DNA of 64,000 nucleotides from an uncultured Chloroflexia bacterium (GCA_963832105.1 CAWHSS010000003.1:984131-1048130); one strand, 5' to 3'. Numbered from the stretch's first letter, positions 19,463-29,006 are shown. The notes: a model not told the origin generated them from the sequence alone. Translations and numbers: made by a program.

Positions 19463-19863
19463 CCGCGGAACGTCAACCCGTCATCCGTCTCCAGCATGTC
19501 AGCCTGCCGTTCCCGGGCACGCCGGAGTCGCTCGATGTAGCCCGCCGTTTCTACTCCGAGATCCTGGGTCTCGCCGAACGGTCCCGACCGACTGTCTTCC
19601 CGGGCACCGGCATCTGGTACGCGGTGGGCGACCAGGAGCTGCATCTCTTCAGCGAGCCGAGCGGCGTTGCCGTCAACCCCGAGTCGCGCCGCCATCCGTG
19701 CTTCGAGGTCGACGACGTGGAGCGGCTCAGGGCGCACCTCGATGCTGCCGGCGTCACGACCCGAGATCACGACGGGGAGATTCCCGGGCGGCCGAGGTTC
19801 TTTGCGGTCGACCCGTTCGACAACACCCTGGAGTTCGTCCACTTCGAAGCCGACCACTGGTAG
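19459..19863 (+). CDS. VOC (glyoxalase/bleomycin-resistance/dioxygenase) family protein
   Basis: LQHVSLPF...FYSEILGL...HPCFEVDD...DPFDNTLEF. Its start overlaps the upstream stop by 4 nt. Confidence 0.8.
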   Translation: MTAERQPVIRLQHVSLPFPGTPESLDVARRFYSEILGLAERSRPTVFPGTGIWYAVGDQELHLFSEPSGVAVNPESRRHPCFEVDDVERLRAHLDAAGVTTRDHDGEIPGRPRFFAVDPFDNTLEFVHFEADHW

Positions 19864-21030
19864 GTGAAGGCTCTCAAGCTGGAGGCGGACTGGGATCCAC
19901 GCCCCGGGGCCGCCGCCACACTCGACCCGGCCGACGTCTCTGCTCGCATCGCGCGCCGCGGGAATCAGGTCTGGCGCAACCCGCGGATCTCGGTCGCGAC
20001 CCTGCCCGACCCGTCGCCCGGCCCGGACGGGGTGGTCATCCGGGTCCGGGCCTGCGGCATCTGCGGCTCCGACTTCCACTTCGTCGAGTCAGATGCCGAC
20101 GGGTACATGCTCTATCCGGGGCTCATTCGCACGCCAGTCGTGACGGGTCACGAATTCGCGGGCGTGGTCGAGGCCGTCGGCCCGGCGGTCAAGGACTTCG
20201 CTGTCGGAGACCTCGTCTGCGCCGAGGAGATCGCATGGTGCGGCGACTGCCTGGCATGTCGCGCGGGCCGACCGAACAACTGCACGCGCATCGAGGAGCT
20301 CGGCTTCAGCTTCGACGGTGCCCACGCCGAATGGGTCGTCACGCGCGCTCGCTACTGCTGGTCCCTGGTGCCGCTCGCTGAGGCAGGGATCCCGGCGGAT
20401 CGGGTGTTTCAGCTTGGTGCACTGGTCGAGCCGACCGGCGTTGCCTACATCGCTATCTTCGTGACCGCCGGCGGCTTCATGCCCGGCGCCTCGGTCGGCG
20501 TGGTCGGGGCGGGACCGATCGGCCTGGCCGCCATCGCCCTGGCCCGGGCCGCGGGCGCGGGCAGGATCGTCGCGTTCGAGGTCGCGGAGGGACGCCGCGA
20601 GCTGGCGACGGCAATGGGCGCGGACATCGTGCTGGACCCGCTGCCGCTCGGAGGGGACGGGGTCATCGCCGCCGCGCGAGAGGCTTCCCGCGGGCGAGGG
20701 ATCGACCTGTGGGTTGAGGCGAGCGGCGCCGCGGGAGTCGCCGAACTGATGGCGGCGACGCTCGCGCCGGCCGGACGGATCGTCCTGATCGGGCGAGGCC
20801 CGCACACGATCGATCTGGACCCGGAGTACCTCATCGTTCGAGGCGCTGCCGTCCACGGTTCGATCGGCCATTCGGGCTCGGGCGCCTTCGGTCGCGTCAT
20901 CGACCTCATGGCCGCCGGGCGGCTCGACATGAGCCGCCTGGTCAGCACGACCGTGGATCTTGAATCGGCGGCGCAACTGCTCGACGGCACGCCCCGCCGC
21001 GAGGCCGGGAAGATCCTCGTCGCTCCGTAG
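19864..21030 (+). CDS. Zinc-dependent alcohol/polyol dehydrogenase (MDR family)
   Basis: VIRVRACGICGSDFHF, GHEFAGVVEAVG, structural Zn motif C..C..C and GxGxxG VGVVGAGPIGL. Confidence 0.85.
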   Translation: MKALKLEADWDPRPGAAATLDPADVSARIARRGNQVWRNPRISVATLPDPSPGPDGVVIRVRACGICGSDFHFVESDADGYMLYPGLIRTPVVTGHEFAGVVEAVGPAVKDFAVGDLVCAEEIAWCGDCLACRAGRPNNCTRIEELGFSFDGAHAEWVVTRARYCWSLVPLAEAGIPADRVFQLGALVEPTGVAYIAIFVTAGGFMPGASVGVVGAGPIGLAAIALARAAGAGRIVAFEVAEGRRELATAMGADIVLDPLPLGGDGVIAAAREASRGRGIDLWVEASGAAGVAELMAATLAPAGRIVLIGRGPHTIDLDPEYLIVRGAAVHGSIGHSGSGAFGRVIDLMAAGRLDMSRLVSTTVDLESAAQLLDGTPRREAGKILVAP

Positions 21031-21125
21031 GCGGAGCCGCCGGGCGCCGGCGCAGGCGGTGACCCCATGACGAAGGGGCCCATCCCACAAGGACCATTTC
21101 GTGTTGAGGGGTTGGTGCTCGTTGC

Positions 21126-21131
21126 TAGACT
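21126..21131 (+). promoter_or_regulatory. -10-like hexamer TAGACT (TANNNT), 6 nt upstream of the ftsZ GTG
   Basis: TTGCTAGACTcgaccgGTG. This spacing would put the transcription start at or next to the start codon, giving a leaderless mRNA as is common in Actinomycetota. Inference only. Confidence 0.3.
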
Positions 21132-21137
21132 CGACCG

Positions 21138-22625
21138 GTGAGTGAGGTTGCCCAGATCGTCGTCGTGCTCGCCGCCGTCCTGGTGGGAGCCTTCCTCGTG
21201 CTACGTCTGCTCGTGACGTTCCCGGCGTCGATCAGCCGAAGGCGCAGACCGGAGACGCGCGCGATCCGGGTCATTGGCGTAGGCGGAGGCGGGAGCAACG
21301 CGGTCGACTGGATGGTCGCCGCGCGGATCCCGGGCGTGAGCTTCGTCGCCATCAACACAGACGCCCAGGCGCTCCGCCGATCGCGCGCCGCGACGAGGGT
21401 TCGGATCGGCGAATCGATCACCCGCGGCCTGGGCTCAGGCGGCGACCCGGAGGTGGGCCGGCGGTCGGCCGAGGAAGACGAGGCCAGGATCGCTCAGACC
21501 GTTGCAGGCGCGGACCTCGTCTTCATCACGGCGGGCCTGGGTGGGGGCACGGGTTCGGGCGCGGCGCCGATCGTCGCAGCCGATGCCCGCGTTCAGGGCG
21601 CATTGACGATCGCCGTCGTCACGAAACCATTCGCTTTCGAGGGTGCGCAGCGCGGACGGATCGCGGACGCGGCCGCCGCCGAGCTTGCCGCGAACGTCGA
21701 CGCGATCATCACGATCCCCAACGATCGCGTCGCTGAGGTTGTCGCGGACGACACGACGATGCTCGACGCGTTCCGGGCGGTCGACGACGTGCTCCTGCAG
21801 GCGGTCCGCGGAATCATCGACCTCCTGACCGGCCCGGGTCTCATCAATCTCGACTTCGCCGACGTGCGGGCGATCATGCAGGGAGCCGGGCCTGCCCTGA
21901 TCGGCCTGGGTCGAGGCAGTGGTGAGAACCGAGCGATCGACGCCGCCCGCCAGGCAATCGCGAGCCCGCTGCTCGAGGCGAGCACCCAGGGCGCCCGCAG
22001 GATCCTCTTCAACATTGCCGGTCCCGCGGATCTGCGCCTCGGTGAGGTCCGCGCCGCCGCCGAGGCGATCCGGGCCAATGCCGACCCCGATGCAAACGTC
22101 ATCTTCGGAGCAAGCCTCAACCGGCGGGCCGGCGAGGAAGTCCTGATCACGCTGATCGCCACCGGGCTTGACGCGGTCCAGGCTGCCAAACCCGCCCCAC
22201 GCCCCGCGGAGCGGAGGCCGGTGGAGCCGCAGGCCGCCGAGCGGGCGGAACCCGCGCCGGCACGCGCAGAGCCCGCCGCCGCCTCTGCCGAAGCCGGCGT
22301 GCCCGCAAACGGCGCTCGCAAGCGAGAACCGAAGGTCGAGCCGGACGAGCCAAAGCCCGAATCCGTGGTGCCGAAGGCCGAAGCGATTGAGCCGAAACCC
22401 GACCGGGTCGACCCGAAGGCCGAAGCGATTGAGCCGAAAACCGACCGAGTCGAGCCGAAAGCCGACCCGAAGCACCGCTCCGACGCACCGGTGCGGGAGT
22501 CGACTCGCGTCCGCGACTGGCCGAAGTTGACCGAACGAGGTTCGGACGCCGCACCGGCCGACGAGGGCATCGCGGAGGACGTCGATCTCGAGGTGCCGAG
22601 CTTCCTGCGTCGCCGGCGCCCCTGA
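21138..22625 (+). CDS. ftsZ: Cell-division GTPase FtsZ with a predicted N-terminal transmembrane segment and a long repetitive linker
   Basis: IRVIGVGGGGSNAV, tubulin signature GLGGGTGSGAAP, T7 loop NLDFADV and C-terminal peptide DLEVPSFLRRRRP. N-terminus MSEVAQIVVVLAAVLVGAFLVLRLLV followed by RRRR. Confidence 0.92.
   Translation: MSEVAQIVVVLAAVLVGAFLVLRLLVTFPASISRRRRPETRAIRVIGVGGGGSNAVDWMVAARIPGVSFVAINTDAQALRRSRAATRVRIGESITRGLGSGGDPEVGRRSAEEDEARIAQTVAGADLVFITAGLGGGTGSGAAPIVAADARVQGALTIAVVTKPFAFEGAQRGRIADAAAAELAANVDAIITIPNDRVAEVVADDTTMLDAFRAVDDVLLQAVRGIIDLLTGPGLINLDFADVRAIMQGAGPALIGLGRGSGENRAIDAARQAIASPLLEASTQGARRILFNIAGPADLRLGEVRAAAEAIRANADPDANVIFGASLNRRAGEEVLITLIATGLDAVQAAKPAPRPAERRPVEPQAAERAEPAPARAEPAAASAEAGVPANGARKREPKVEPDEPKPESVVPKAEAIEPKPDRVDPKAEAIEPKTDRVEPKADPKHRSDAPVRESTRVRDWPKLTERGSDAAPADEGIAEDVDLEVPSFLRRRRP
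22371..22454 (+). repeat. Tandem 42-bp coding repeat (2 units) in the FtsZ linker
   Basis: PKAEAIEPKPDRVD / PKAEAIEPKTDRVE. The DNA units are near-identical (ccgaaggccgaagcgattgagccgaaa.ccgaccg.gtcga.). Confidence 0.8.
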
Positions 22626-24304
22626 TCAGGCGGTCCGCAGGCCCGCCAATGCGTCTTTGGCCAGGTCGCGGCACTCGGCGAGGGTCACCGCGGCCAGTGC
22701 ATCCCGCACATCGGCGACCGCCGAGGCCGACATCGAAAGGCTCGTGACACCGAGCCCGACGAGGACGGGTGCGAGCGCTGGCGACGCGGCCGCCTCGCCG
22801 CAGACACCGACGGATTTGCCCGCTGCGAGACCGGCATCGGCCGTCATCCGGATTAGGTCTAGCAGTGCCGGCTGCCACGGATCCAGCAGGTCGGCCAGTT
22901 CGCCGGCCATCCGGTCCGCCGCGAGCGTGTACTGGGCGAGATCGTTGGTGCCGATGCTCAGGAAGTCGGCGTGGACGAGGAGATCGGCCGCGCGCAGCGC
23001 CGCTGCGGGGATCTCGATCATCGCCCCGGCGATGGGCAGGCCGTGCTCGTGGGCGAGATCTGCGAACCACTTCGCTTCGGCGGCTGTGGCGACCATCGGC
23101 GCCATCACCCAGACGACGGCACCGGTCGCCTGCTGGGCGAGGGCCAGCGCCGCCAGCTGATCCGTCAGCACGCCCGGCGAGCGGCGGGCCGTCCGGAGCC
23201 CGCGGACGCCGAGGGCCGGATTGGGCTCGGCGTCCGGATTGAGGAACGGCAACGGCTTGTCGGCGCCGGCATCGAGTGTCCGCACGACGATCTTGCGGCC
23301 GGCCATGGCCTGCAGGACGCCGGTGTACAGCGCGACCTGCTCGTCGATGGCGGGCGCGTCCTGCCGATCGAGGTAGAGGAACTCCGTCCGGAACAGGCCG
23401 ACACCCTCGGCATCGACCTTGGCGACCGCGGCGGCCCCGCGGCGTCGCCGATATTCAGGAGCAGCGAAACCGGGTGGCCGTCGGCCGTCCGGCCCGGTCC
23501 GCGGCTGGCCGCCCGCGCCGCGCGTCGCCGCCCTTCGGCAAGGTTCGTCTCCGCGGCCTCGTCCGGGGCGATGCCGACGCGGACCAGGCCGCTGGCCCCG
23601 TCGACCTCGATCAGCTCGCCTTCGGTCAACGACCCGGCTCTCGGGCACGCCACCACCGCGGGCAGGCCGAGGCTCCTGGCCAGGATCGCGGTGTGACTCG
23701 TCGGCCCGCCTTTCACCGTGACGAGAGCGAGCACCCGCTCCGGGGTCAGCGTCACGGTGTCGGCCGGGGCCAGGTCGTCGGCCACCAGGATGAACGGTGT
23801 GTCGCGCTCCGGCACGCCCGGCAGCGGCTGACCGAGCAATCGAGCGACGGCCCGGTCGCGAACGTCGTCAAGGTCGCCAACGCGCTCGGCCATGTAGCCG
23901 CCGAGATCGAGGAGCAGCGCCCGGAACGCCTCGAAGGCGCGGTCGACGGCCCACGCCGCCGGTTCGCCCTTGGCCGTCGCGGATCGGATTGCTTCCTCGA
24001 GCGACGGGTCGCGGGCGATCATCGCGGTCGCTTCGAGTACCTCGGCCGCGCCAGGGATGGCGGTGAGGGCCGCCCGCCGTTCCAGGTCATCGGCTGTCGC
24101 TGAAAGGGCCGCAATCGCGGCCGTGGCCTCCGCGTCTGTGTCGACCACCTGGGGGCGATCGGGCGGGAGCACGGGCCGCGGGCCCATGAGCGCAACCGGG
24201 CCTGCTGCGCGCCCGGGGCAGACCCCAATTCCCTGGAGGGGCGAACTCACCTCGGAGGGGGCCGCGGGCGCAGCGGCATCGGCTGTCACCGGACCGATCT
24301 TCAC
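22626..24304 (-). pseudogene. ptsI: PEP-protein phosphotransferase (PTS enzyme I), one frame break near 23437
   Basis: N-terminal 290 aa are in the 23165..24304 frame (..TVKGGPTSHTAILARSLGLPAVV..LLLNIGDAAG). The rest is in the 22626..23648 frame (AAVAKVDAEGVGLFRTEFLY..FLSIGTNDLAQYTLA..CGE). GTGA overlap with ptsH. Confidence 0.85.
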
Positions 24305-24573
24305 ACGGGATCGTCGTGGTCTTCGGCGACTACCTGCGCGACAGCCTCGAGCGCTTCCGCCGCACCGTCACCGTCGGCCTCGAGGACGACCGTGTCGCCG
24401 TTCCTGGCACCTAGCGCCAGGACCCGCAGGATGCTTCGCGCGTCGACCGGCGGGCCATCGCCCTTTCGGATCGTGATCTTCACCCGCTGCTGCGTCGCCG
24501 CCTTGACGAAAAGCGCCGCGGGTCGTGCATGCAGACCGATCCGCGACCCGACGACGACCTGACGTTCTGCCAT
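24301..24573 (-). CDS. ptsH: Phosphocarrier protein HPr
   Basis: GLHARPA (His15 context) and DARSILRVLALG (Ser46 context); 90 aa. Confidence 0.9.
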   Translation of the reverse strand: MAERQVVVGSRIGLHARPAALFVKAATQQRVKITIRKGDGPPVDARSILRVLALGARNGDTVVLEADGDGAAEALEAVAQVVAEDHDDPV

Positions 24574-24673
24574 GGCGCTAATTCCTCCTCCGGCCGGCCG
24601 CCGGCTTGGACGCCGACGATCGTCAGCCAGATTGTGGGTTCGGGGGGGCTGTCTGCCAACCGTGGTCGGCGGG

Positions 24674-26233
24674 TCAGCCTTCCATCCGGAGCTCTTCGAG
24701 ATCCAGCTCTCGCTCGATTGTCCGGAGCGTCTGGTCGTTGATCTCCCCCCGGTCGCGCAGCTCGATCACCGCCTCGCGCTGGGCGCCGATGACGCCCCGC
24801 TGAATTTCCTCGTGCTCGACGCGCTCCTGGCGCCGCTCTTCCGTTTCGTCGGGGTCCTCCGTCGCCAGGTGCCCGCCGCGATCGCGCAGGCCCGACTCCA
24901 GGCGGTCGAACAAGGGCTGATGTGTCGGCCAGTCGGGGCGTGCCCGTGCGACCTCGTCGAGGCCGGCCTGGTACGCCCGCTCCCGCGCAAACGTGACTTC
25001 GTCCGCGTCGGGCTCGACGCCGTCCCACTTGGCCCAGCGCAGGACGAGCGGCAGTGAGAGCCCCTGTCCGACGAGAGTGACCAGGATGACGGCGAACGTC
25101 AGCAGCAGGATCAGGTTCCGTTCCGGAAAGGTCGCGGGCAAGGCCAGTGCTGCGGCAAGCGAGACCGCGCCCCGCAGCCCGGCCCAGCTGACCACGAACG
25201 TCAGGCGCCAGGCGAGGCCCGGGTCGGTTCTCGCCAGCACGCGTCGGGGCGTCCCGGGCAGCAGGCTTACCGTGAAGATGAACACAAAGCGAGCCGCGAT
25301 AACCGCGCCCGACACGAGCGCGATCAGGCCGAGGACGTTCGCCGTCGAACGCGTCCCGAGCCCCGCCAGGATCTCCGGCAGCTGAAGCCCGATCAGGACG
25401 AACACGAAGCCGTTGAGGATGAACCCGACCATCTTCCAGGTGCTCAGCCAGAGGATCCGGCTGCTCGGCGTGAGGATCGTCCCGAGGCGACGGCCGATGA
25501 CGAGACCGGCGGCGACGGCCGCCAGCACGCCTGACAGGTGGAAGTAATCGGCCGGAAGGTACGCGGCAAACGGTATGACGAGGGAGATCGCGACCTCGAC
25601 CGGTGGATCGTCGAGCCGGCGCAGGATCTCGATGGCGATGCGACCGACGAGGACGCCGATGAGGACGCCACCGACCGCGGCGACCACGAAGTCGCCGAGG
25701 GCTTGCGCGAGTATGAAGCTGCCGCTGGCGACGGCGACTACCGCCGCCCGGTAGGCGATCAGGGCAGTCGCATCGTTCAGCAGGCCCTCGCCCTCGATGA
25801 GCGTCACGACGATGCGCGGCGTCCCTAGACGCCGGAAGACGGTCGTCGCGGCAAGGGCGTCCGTGGGCGCGACGATGGCGCCGAGGGTGAGGGCGGCGGC
25901 CCAACCCAGGCTCGGGACCGCCCATTGCGCAACGATCGCGACGACGGCCATAGTGAAGAGCACCAACCCGATGGAGAGGCGGGCGATCGGCGCGAGGTTC
26001 GTCCGAAGGTCGCGCAGCGGCGTCCCCACGGCGGCGCTGAAGAGCAGTGGCGGAAGGAACACGAGCAGCACGAGGTCCGGCTCGAGGGCGAGCCGCGGCA
26101 GGCCCGGGATGAAGGCCAGGCCGACTCCGCCCAGCACGATCAAAGCCGGATAGGGCACGCCGACGCGTTGCGCGACTTCGTACAGGATCGCGACGGCGAC
26201 CAGGACGACCAGGATGGTCGTCAGGACACCCAT
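24674..26233 (-). CDS. Na+/H+ antiporter (CPA1 / NhaP type)
   Basis: 519 aa, about 12 TM segments, with motifs ..LLNDATALIAY.. and ..SWAGLRGAVSLAAAL.., then a cytoplasmic helical tail. Confidence 0.9.
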   Translation of the reverse strand: MGVLTTILVVLVAVAILYEVAQRVGVPYPALIVLGGVGLAFIPGLPRLALEPDLVLLVFLPPLLFSAAVGTPLRDLRTNLAPIARLSIGLVLFTMAVVAIVAQWAVPSLGWAAALTLGAIVAPTDALAATTVFRRLGTPRIVVTLIEGEGLLNDATALIAYRAAVVAVASGSFILAQALGDFVVAAVGGVLIGVLVGRIAIEILRRLDDPPVEVAISLVIPFAAYLPADYFHLSGVLAAVAAGLVIGRRLGTILTPSSRILWLSTWKMVGFILNGFVFVLIGLQLPEILAGLGTRSTANVLGLIALVSGAVIAARFVFIFTVSLLPGTPRRVLARTDPGLAWRLTFVVSWAGLRGAVSLAAALALPATFPERNLILLLTFAVILVTLVGQGLSLPLVLRWAKWDGVEPDADEVTFARERAYQAGLDEVARARPDWPTHQPLFDRLESGLRDRGGHLATEDPDETEERRQERVEHEEIQRGVIGAQREAVIELRDRGEINDQTLRTIERELDLEELRMEG

Positions 26234-26267
26234 GAACGCTCCCTCATCATGCGATCATCGCAGCTTG

Positions 26268-27419
26268 ATGCGACCGCCATCGATGCTACGACCCTTGAAC
26301 CTGATCGCGATCGCCGGGCTCATCGCGGCCGTCATTGGCGCCTGCGCCACCTCTGCCTCGCCCGGCGGCGGGAGCTCCGCGACTCCAACGGCCGGCGGTC
26401 CCGGCCCGTCGGCGTCGGGTACCCAGCCCGGTGCCAGCCCCAGCACGGCGACTTCGTCGGCGTCGCCCGAGGACGCGTTCCTCGACCTGCCCTCGTCGGA
26501 AGGCGTGCTGAATGCCATCGCAATCAGCGGCGGAACCATGGTCGCCGGCGGCTTCGCCGGTCCTGTCTTCGCTTCGAGCATCCTCGCCTTTGACGGCGGC
26601 TCCTGGTCGGTTTCGGACGTGCCGAACGAGCCCGGCCAGGTGACAGGTGTCGCCAAATTCGGAGATCGATGGATCGCTGTCGGCAATGGCCTGCCGGACA
26701 ACACGATCGGGTTCATCTGGGAGTCGGCTGACGGCCGTGTCTGGCACTCCCAGCAGACGATCGAGGACGCGGCGCTCTACGACGTCATCGCCGGCGACAG
26801 AGTGATCGTCGCCGTCGGAGCTCGCCTGGATGCCGACATGAACGCGACTCCGACGGCGTGGTCATCGACGGACGGCACGACCTGGGAACGAGCCGATGTG
26901 CCGGGGCCCGACCGGTCCTCGATGGGATCGGTGGCGGCAACCCCGGATGGCTTCATCGTCACGGGCGACAGGGTCCTTGGCGCAGGCCGGCCGGTCTGGA
27001 GCTCGACGACCGGCACCACCTGGGAGGGCCTCGACAACGACCTGGGCGACCAGCTCCTGCCGACCGACATCGTGGCCTGGGGCGATCAGCTTGTCATCGT
27101 CGGAGCGTCCGGCAAGTCCGGCGATCAGCATCCCTTCGTCGCCCTCTCGACCGACGGCCGGACCTGGCAGCAGACGAACCTCTCAGCGGAGGAGGGCTAC
27201 GCGTCGGCCGCGGCGGTGGCGAACGAGCGCCTCGTCGTCGCCGGCGTCGACGCCGATCGACTGACGCTCTGGTCGCTCGCCGGCAGTGCCTGGGAGGCCG
27301 ACACCTACGAGGCCAGCGGGGCCTCTGTTTCGGCTCTCAGCTGGGACGCCGACCTTGGCCTGCTCGGTGTCGGCGCTCGCGACGGGAGTCAGGCCGTCTG
27401 GCTGTTCGGCAAGGACTGA
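26268..27419 (+). CDS. Lipoprotein with BNR/Asp-box repeats (beta-propeller-like)
   Basis: Signal plus lipobox LIAAVIGAC. Repeated SxDxGxTW motifs: ESADGRVWH, SSTDGTTWE, SSTTGTTWE, LSTDGRTWQ. Confidence 0.7.
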   Translation: MRPPSMLRPLNLIAIAGLIAAVIGACATSASPGGGSSATPTAGGPGPSASGTQPGASPSTATSSASPEDAFLDLPSSEGVLNAIAISGGTMVAGGFAGPVFASSILAFDGGSWSVSDVPNEPGQVTGVAKFGDRWIAVGNGLPDNTIGFIWESADGRVWHSQQTIEDAALYDVIAGDRVIVAVGARLDADMNATPTAWSSTDGTTWERADVPGPDRSSMGSVAATPDGFIVTGDRVLGAGRPVWSSTTGTTWEGLDNDLGDQLLPTDIVAWGDQLVIVGASGKSGDQHPFVALSTDGRTWQQTNLSAEEGYASAAAVANERLVVAGVDADRLTLWSLAGSAWEADTYEASGASVSALSWDADLGLLGVGARDGSQAVWLFGKD

Positions 27420-27442
27420 CCCGACGATCTTCTCGAGATGCG

Positions 27443-28522
27443 TTACTCGTAGGAGACGCCGTCGAGACAGAGCCACTCCGCGAGGGCATCCACCTCGGCG
27501 CGAACGGCGGCGCCGTCGCGCGCGTGAAGCGAACGTCCTGGTGGATCGCGTGTACAAGTAGCTTCGAGGCCTTGCGGTCGGCTGTGGCGTCCAGCTTGCC
27601 CACCAGCCGATCGTCGTGAAGGACGGGAAGCGCGAAGTAGCCCCAGCGCCGCAGCGCCTTCGGCTTGTACATCTCGAGCACGTACTCGAACTCGAACAGA
27701 TCCAGCGCGCGGTCGCGATCGTGGATCAAGCGGTCGAAGGGCGACAGCAATGCGGTACGTCCCTCGAAGGGCTTTTCGAGCGCTTCGGGGTCCACGCGCC
27801 ACGTTCCTGGGACGCCTTCGACGATGGCCGGCTCGCCCACGGCTCCGACATCCCACGGTTCGATCGGGACCGCGGTCGTCTTCTCCCGGGCGATGCCGAG
27901 CGACCGCAACCGACGCTCGTTCCTGGCGCGGCGCGCCTCCCGTATCGGGACGACGGGGTATCGGCGGGTAGACGCGCTCGGCGAGGTCCCAGACACGCTG
28001 CCGGCCACGGCGTCCCGAGATCGCAACTTCGCCGCGCATCATCAGGATCTCGAGCATCTGGGTGACGTTGCGGTCATTGGTCCAGCCCGTCGAAGGCCAC
28101 GAGACCACGCTGGTGTCCGGGATGTCGCGGGACAGGAGCGGTCCGGACGTGCCCAGTCGGTCGAGGATGTCGCGCCGAAACCGATCGTTCTGCCGCAGCC
28201 AGGTCACGTGGCTTGTCGCCCGAGGGCGAGGCCGCCATCTCCGCCAGATAGAGGCCCAAATCGCTCATCGGCCGGACGGTTGCGTTCAGCTCGAACAGCG
28301 TCCGATCCTGCTCCAGGGCCTGCTGCAGGTGGGCTGGTTCGTACGATGATCCGAGGCGACTCCAGGCGACGAGGTCCGCGTCGGCGCGACCGCGGCTGTC
28401 GGGTCGATCTGCAGGAGCGTCAGCTGGCGAACGACCGCGAGCAGGTCCGTCGGTCGCGGGGCGTCGAGCAACTGGGCGCGAATGGCGATTCGGCGCGCCT
28501 CGTCGCGCGTTAGTTGACGCAC
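27443..28522 (-). pseudogene. YcaQ/AlkZ-family winged-helix DNA glycosylase homologue, about 4 frame breaks
   Basis: Homologous peptide can be followed through frames: MRQLTRDEARRIAIRAQLL..LQIDPTAAVAP | DLVAWSRLGSSYEP..LFELNATVRPMSDLGLYLAEMAA | MTWLRQNDRFRRDILDRL..RVWDLAERVY | VVPIREARRARNERRL..RRWGYFALPVLHDDRLVGKLD..HAIHQDVRFTR | DGAAVRAEVDALAEWL. Confidence 0.75.
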
Positions 28523-28592
28523 GTTTTCACGGACCTCTGATGTCTGGGCCGTCGCGGTATAGCGCAGTTGGAAGCCTGAGGTCGTGGGTTGA

Positions 28593-29006
28593 CTACCCGA
28601 GCCACTTGGGCTGGGTGAGGCTGAACCAGTTCCCGGAGTCGTCGCGGAAGAGCGCTTCGATCCCGTACGGCCGCTCGGCTGGTTCCTGGAGGAACGTGAC
28701 GCCCTTCGCCGACAGCTCCTCGAACGTCTTCTGGCAGTCGGCCGTCTCGAACACCCCGCCGCCGAGCGAGCCCTTCGCGACGAGCGCGCGGACCGCCTCC
28801 GCGTCCTCGGGACTGAACATCGGCGGGGCGGGGTAGGCGAGGAGGATGTTCAGGTCCTTCTGGTCCTTCGGGCCGACCGTGAGCCAGCGGAAGCCGTCGA
28901 GGATGGCGTCGTTCCGAAGCTCGAACCCGAGGGTCTCGGTGTAGAACGCCTTGGCGCGGTCCTGGTCGAGCACGAACACGTTCGTGTGGTCGAGGCGGCT
29001 GATCAT
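28593..29006 (-). CDS. VOC/glyoxalase-family protein
   Basis: MISRLDHTNVFVLDQDRAKAFYTETLGFEL...RPYGIEALFRDDSGNWFSL; 137 aa, intact. ATGA overlap with the upstream AraC gene. Confidence 0.85.
   Translation of the reverse strand: MISRLDHTNVFVLDQDRAKAFYTETLGFELRNDAILDGFRWLTVGPKDQKDLNILLAYPAPPMFSPEDAEAVRALVAKGSLGGGVFETADCQKTFEELSAKGVTFLQEPAERPYGIEALFRDDSGNWFSLTQPKWLG

Noticed and set aside
22371-22454. Tandem repeat considered as a possible CRISPR or minisatellite locus.
   Set aside because: There are only two directly abutting units with no spacers. They lie inside the FtsZ linker and are in frame. No cas genes or other direct-repeat arrays were seen anywhere in the window.
21138-22625. Possibility that the FtsZ homologue is a non-division tubulin-like paralogue (FtsZ-like or TubZ).
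   Set aside because: It has the full FtsZ signature set, including the T7 loop and the canonical C-terminal FtsA/SepF-binding peptide, so it is treated as bona fide FtsZ. Only the N-terminal extension is flagged.
28540-28836. Plus-strand 98-aa ORF covering the tRNA-like remnant and running antisense to the VOC gene.
   Set aside because: It has no motif, overlaps a well-supported VOC gene on the other strand, and its 5' part is better explained as tRNA-derived sequence.
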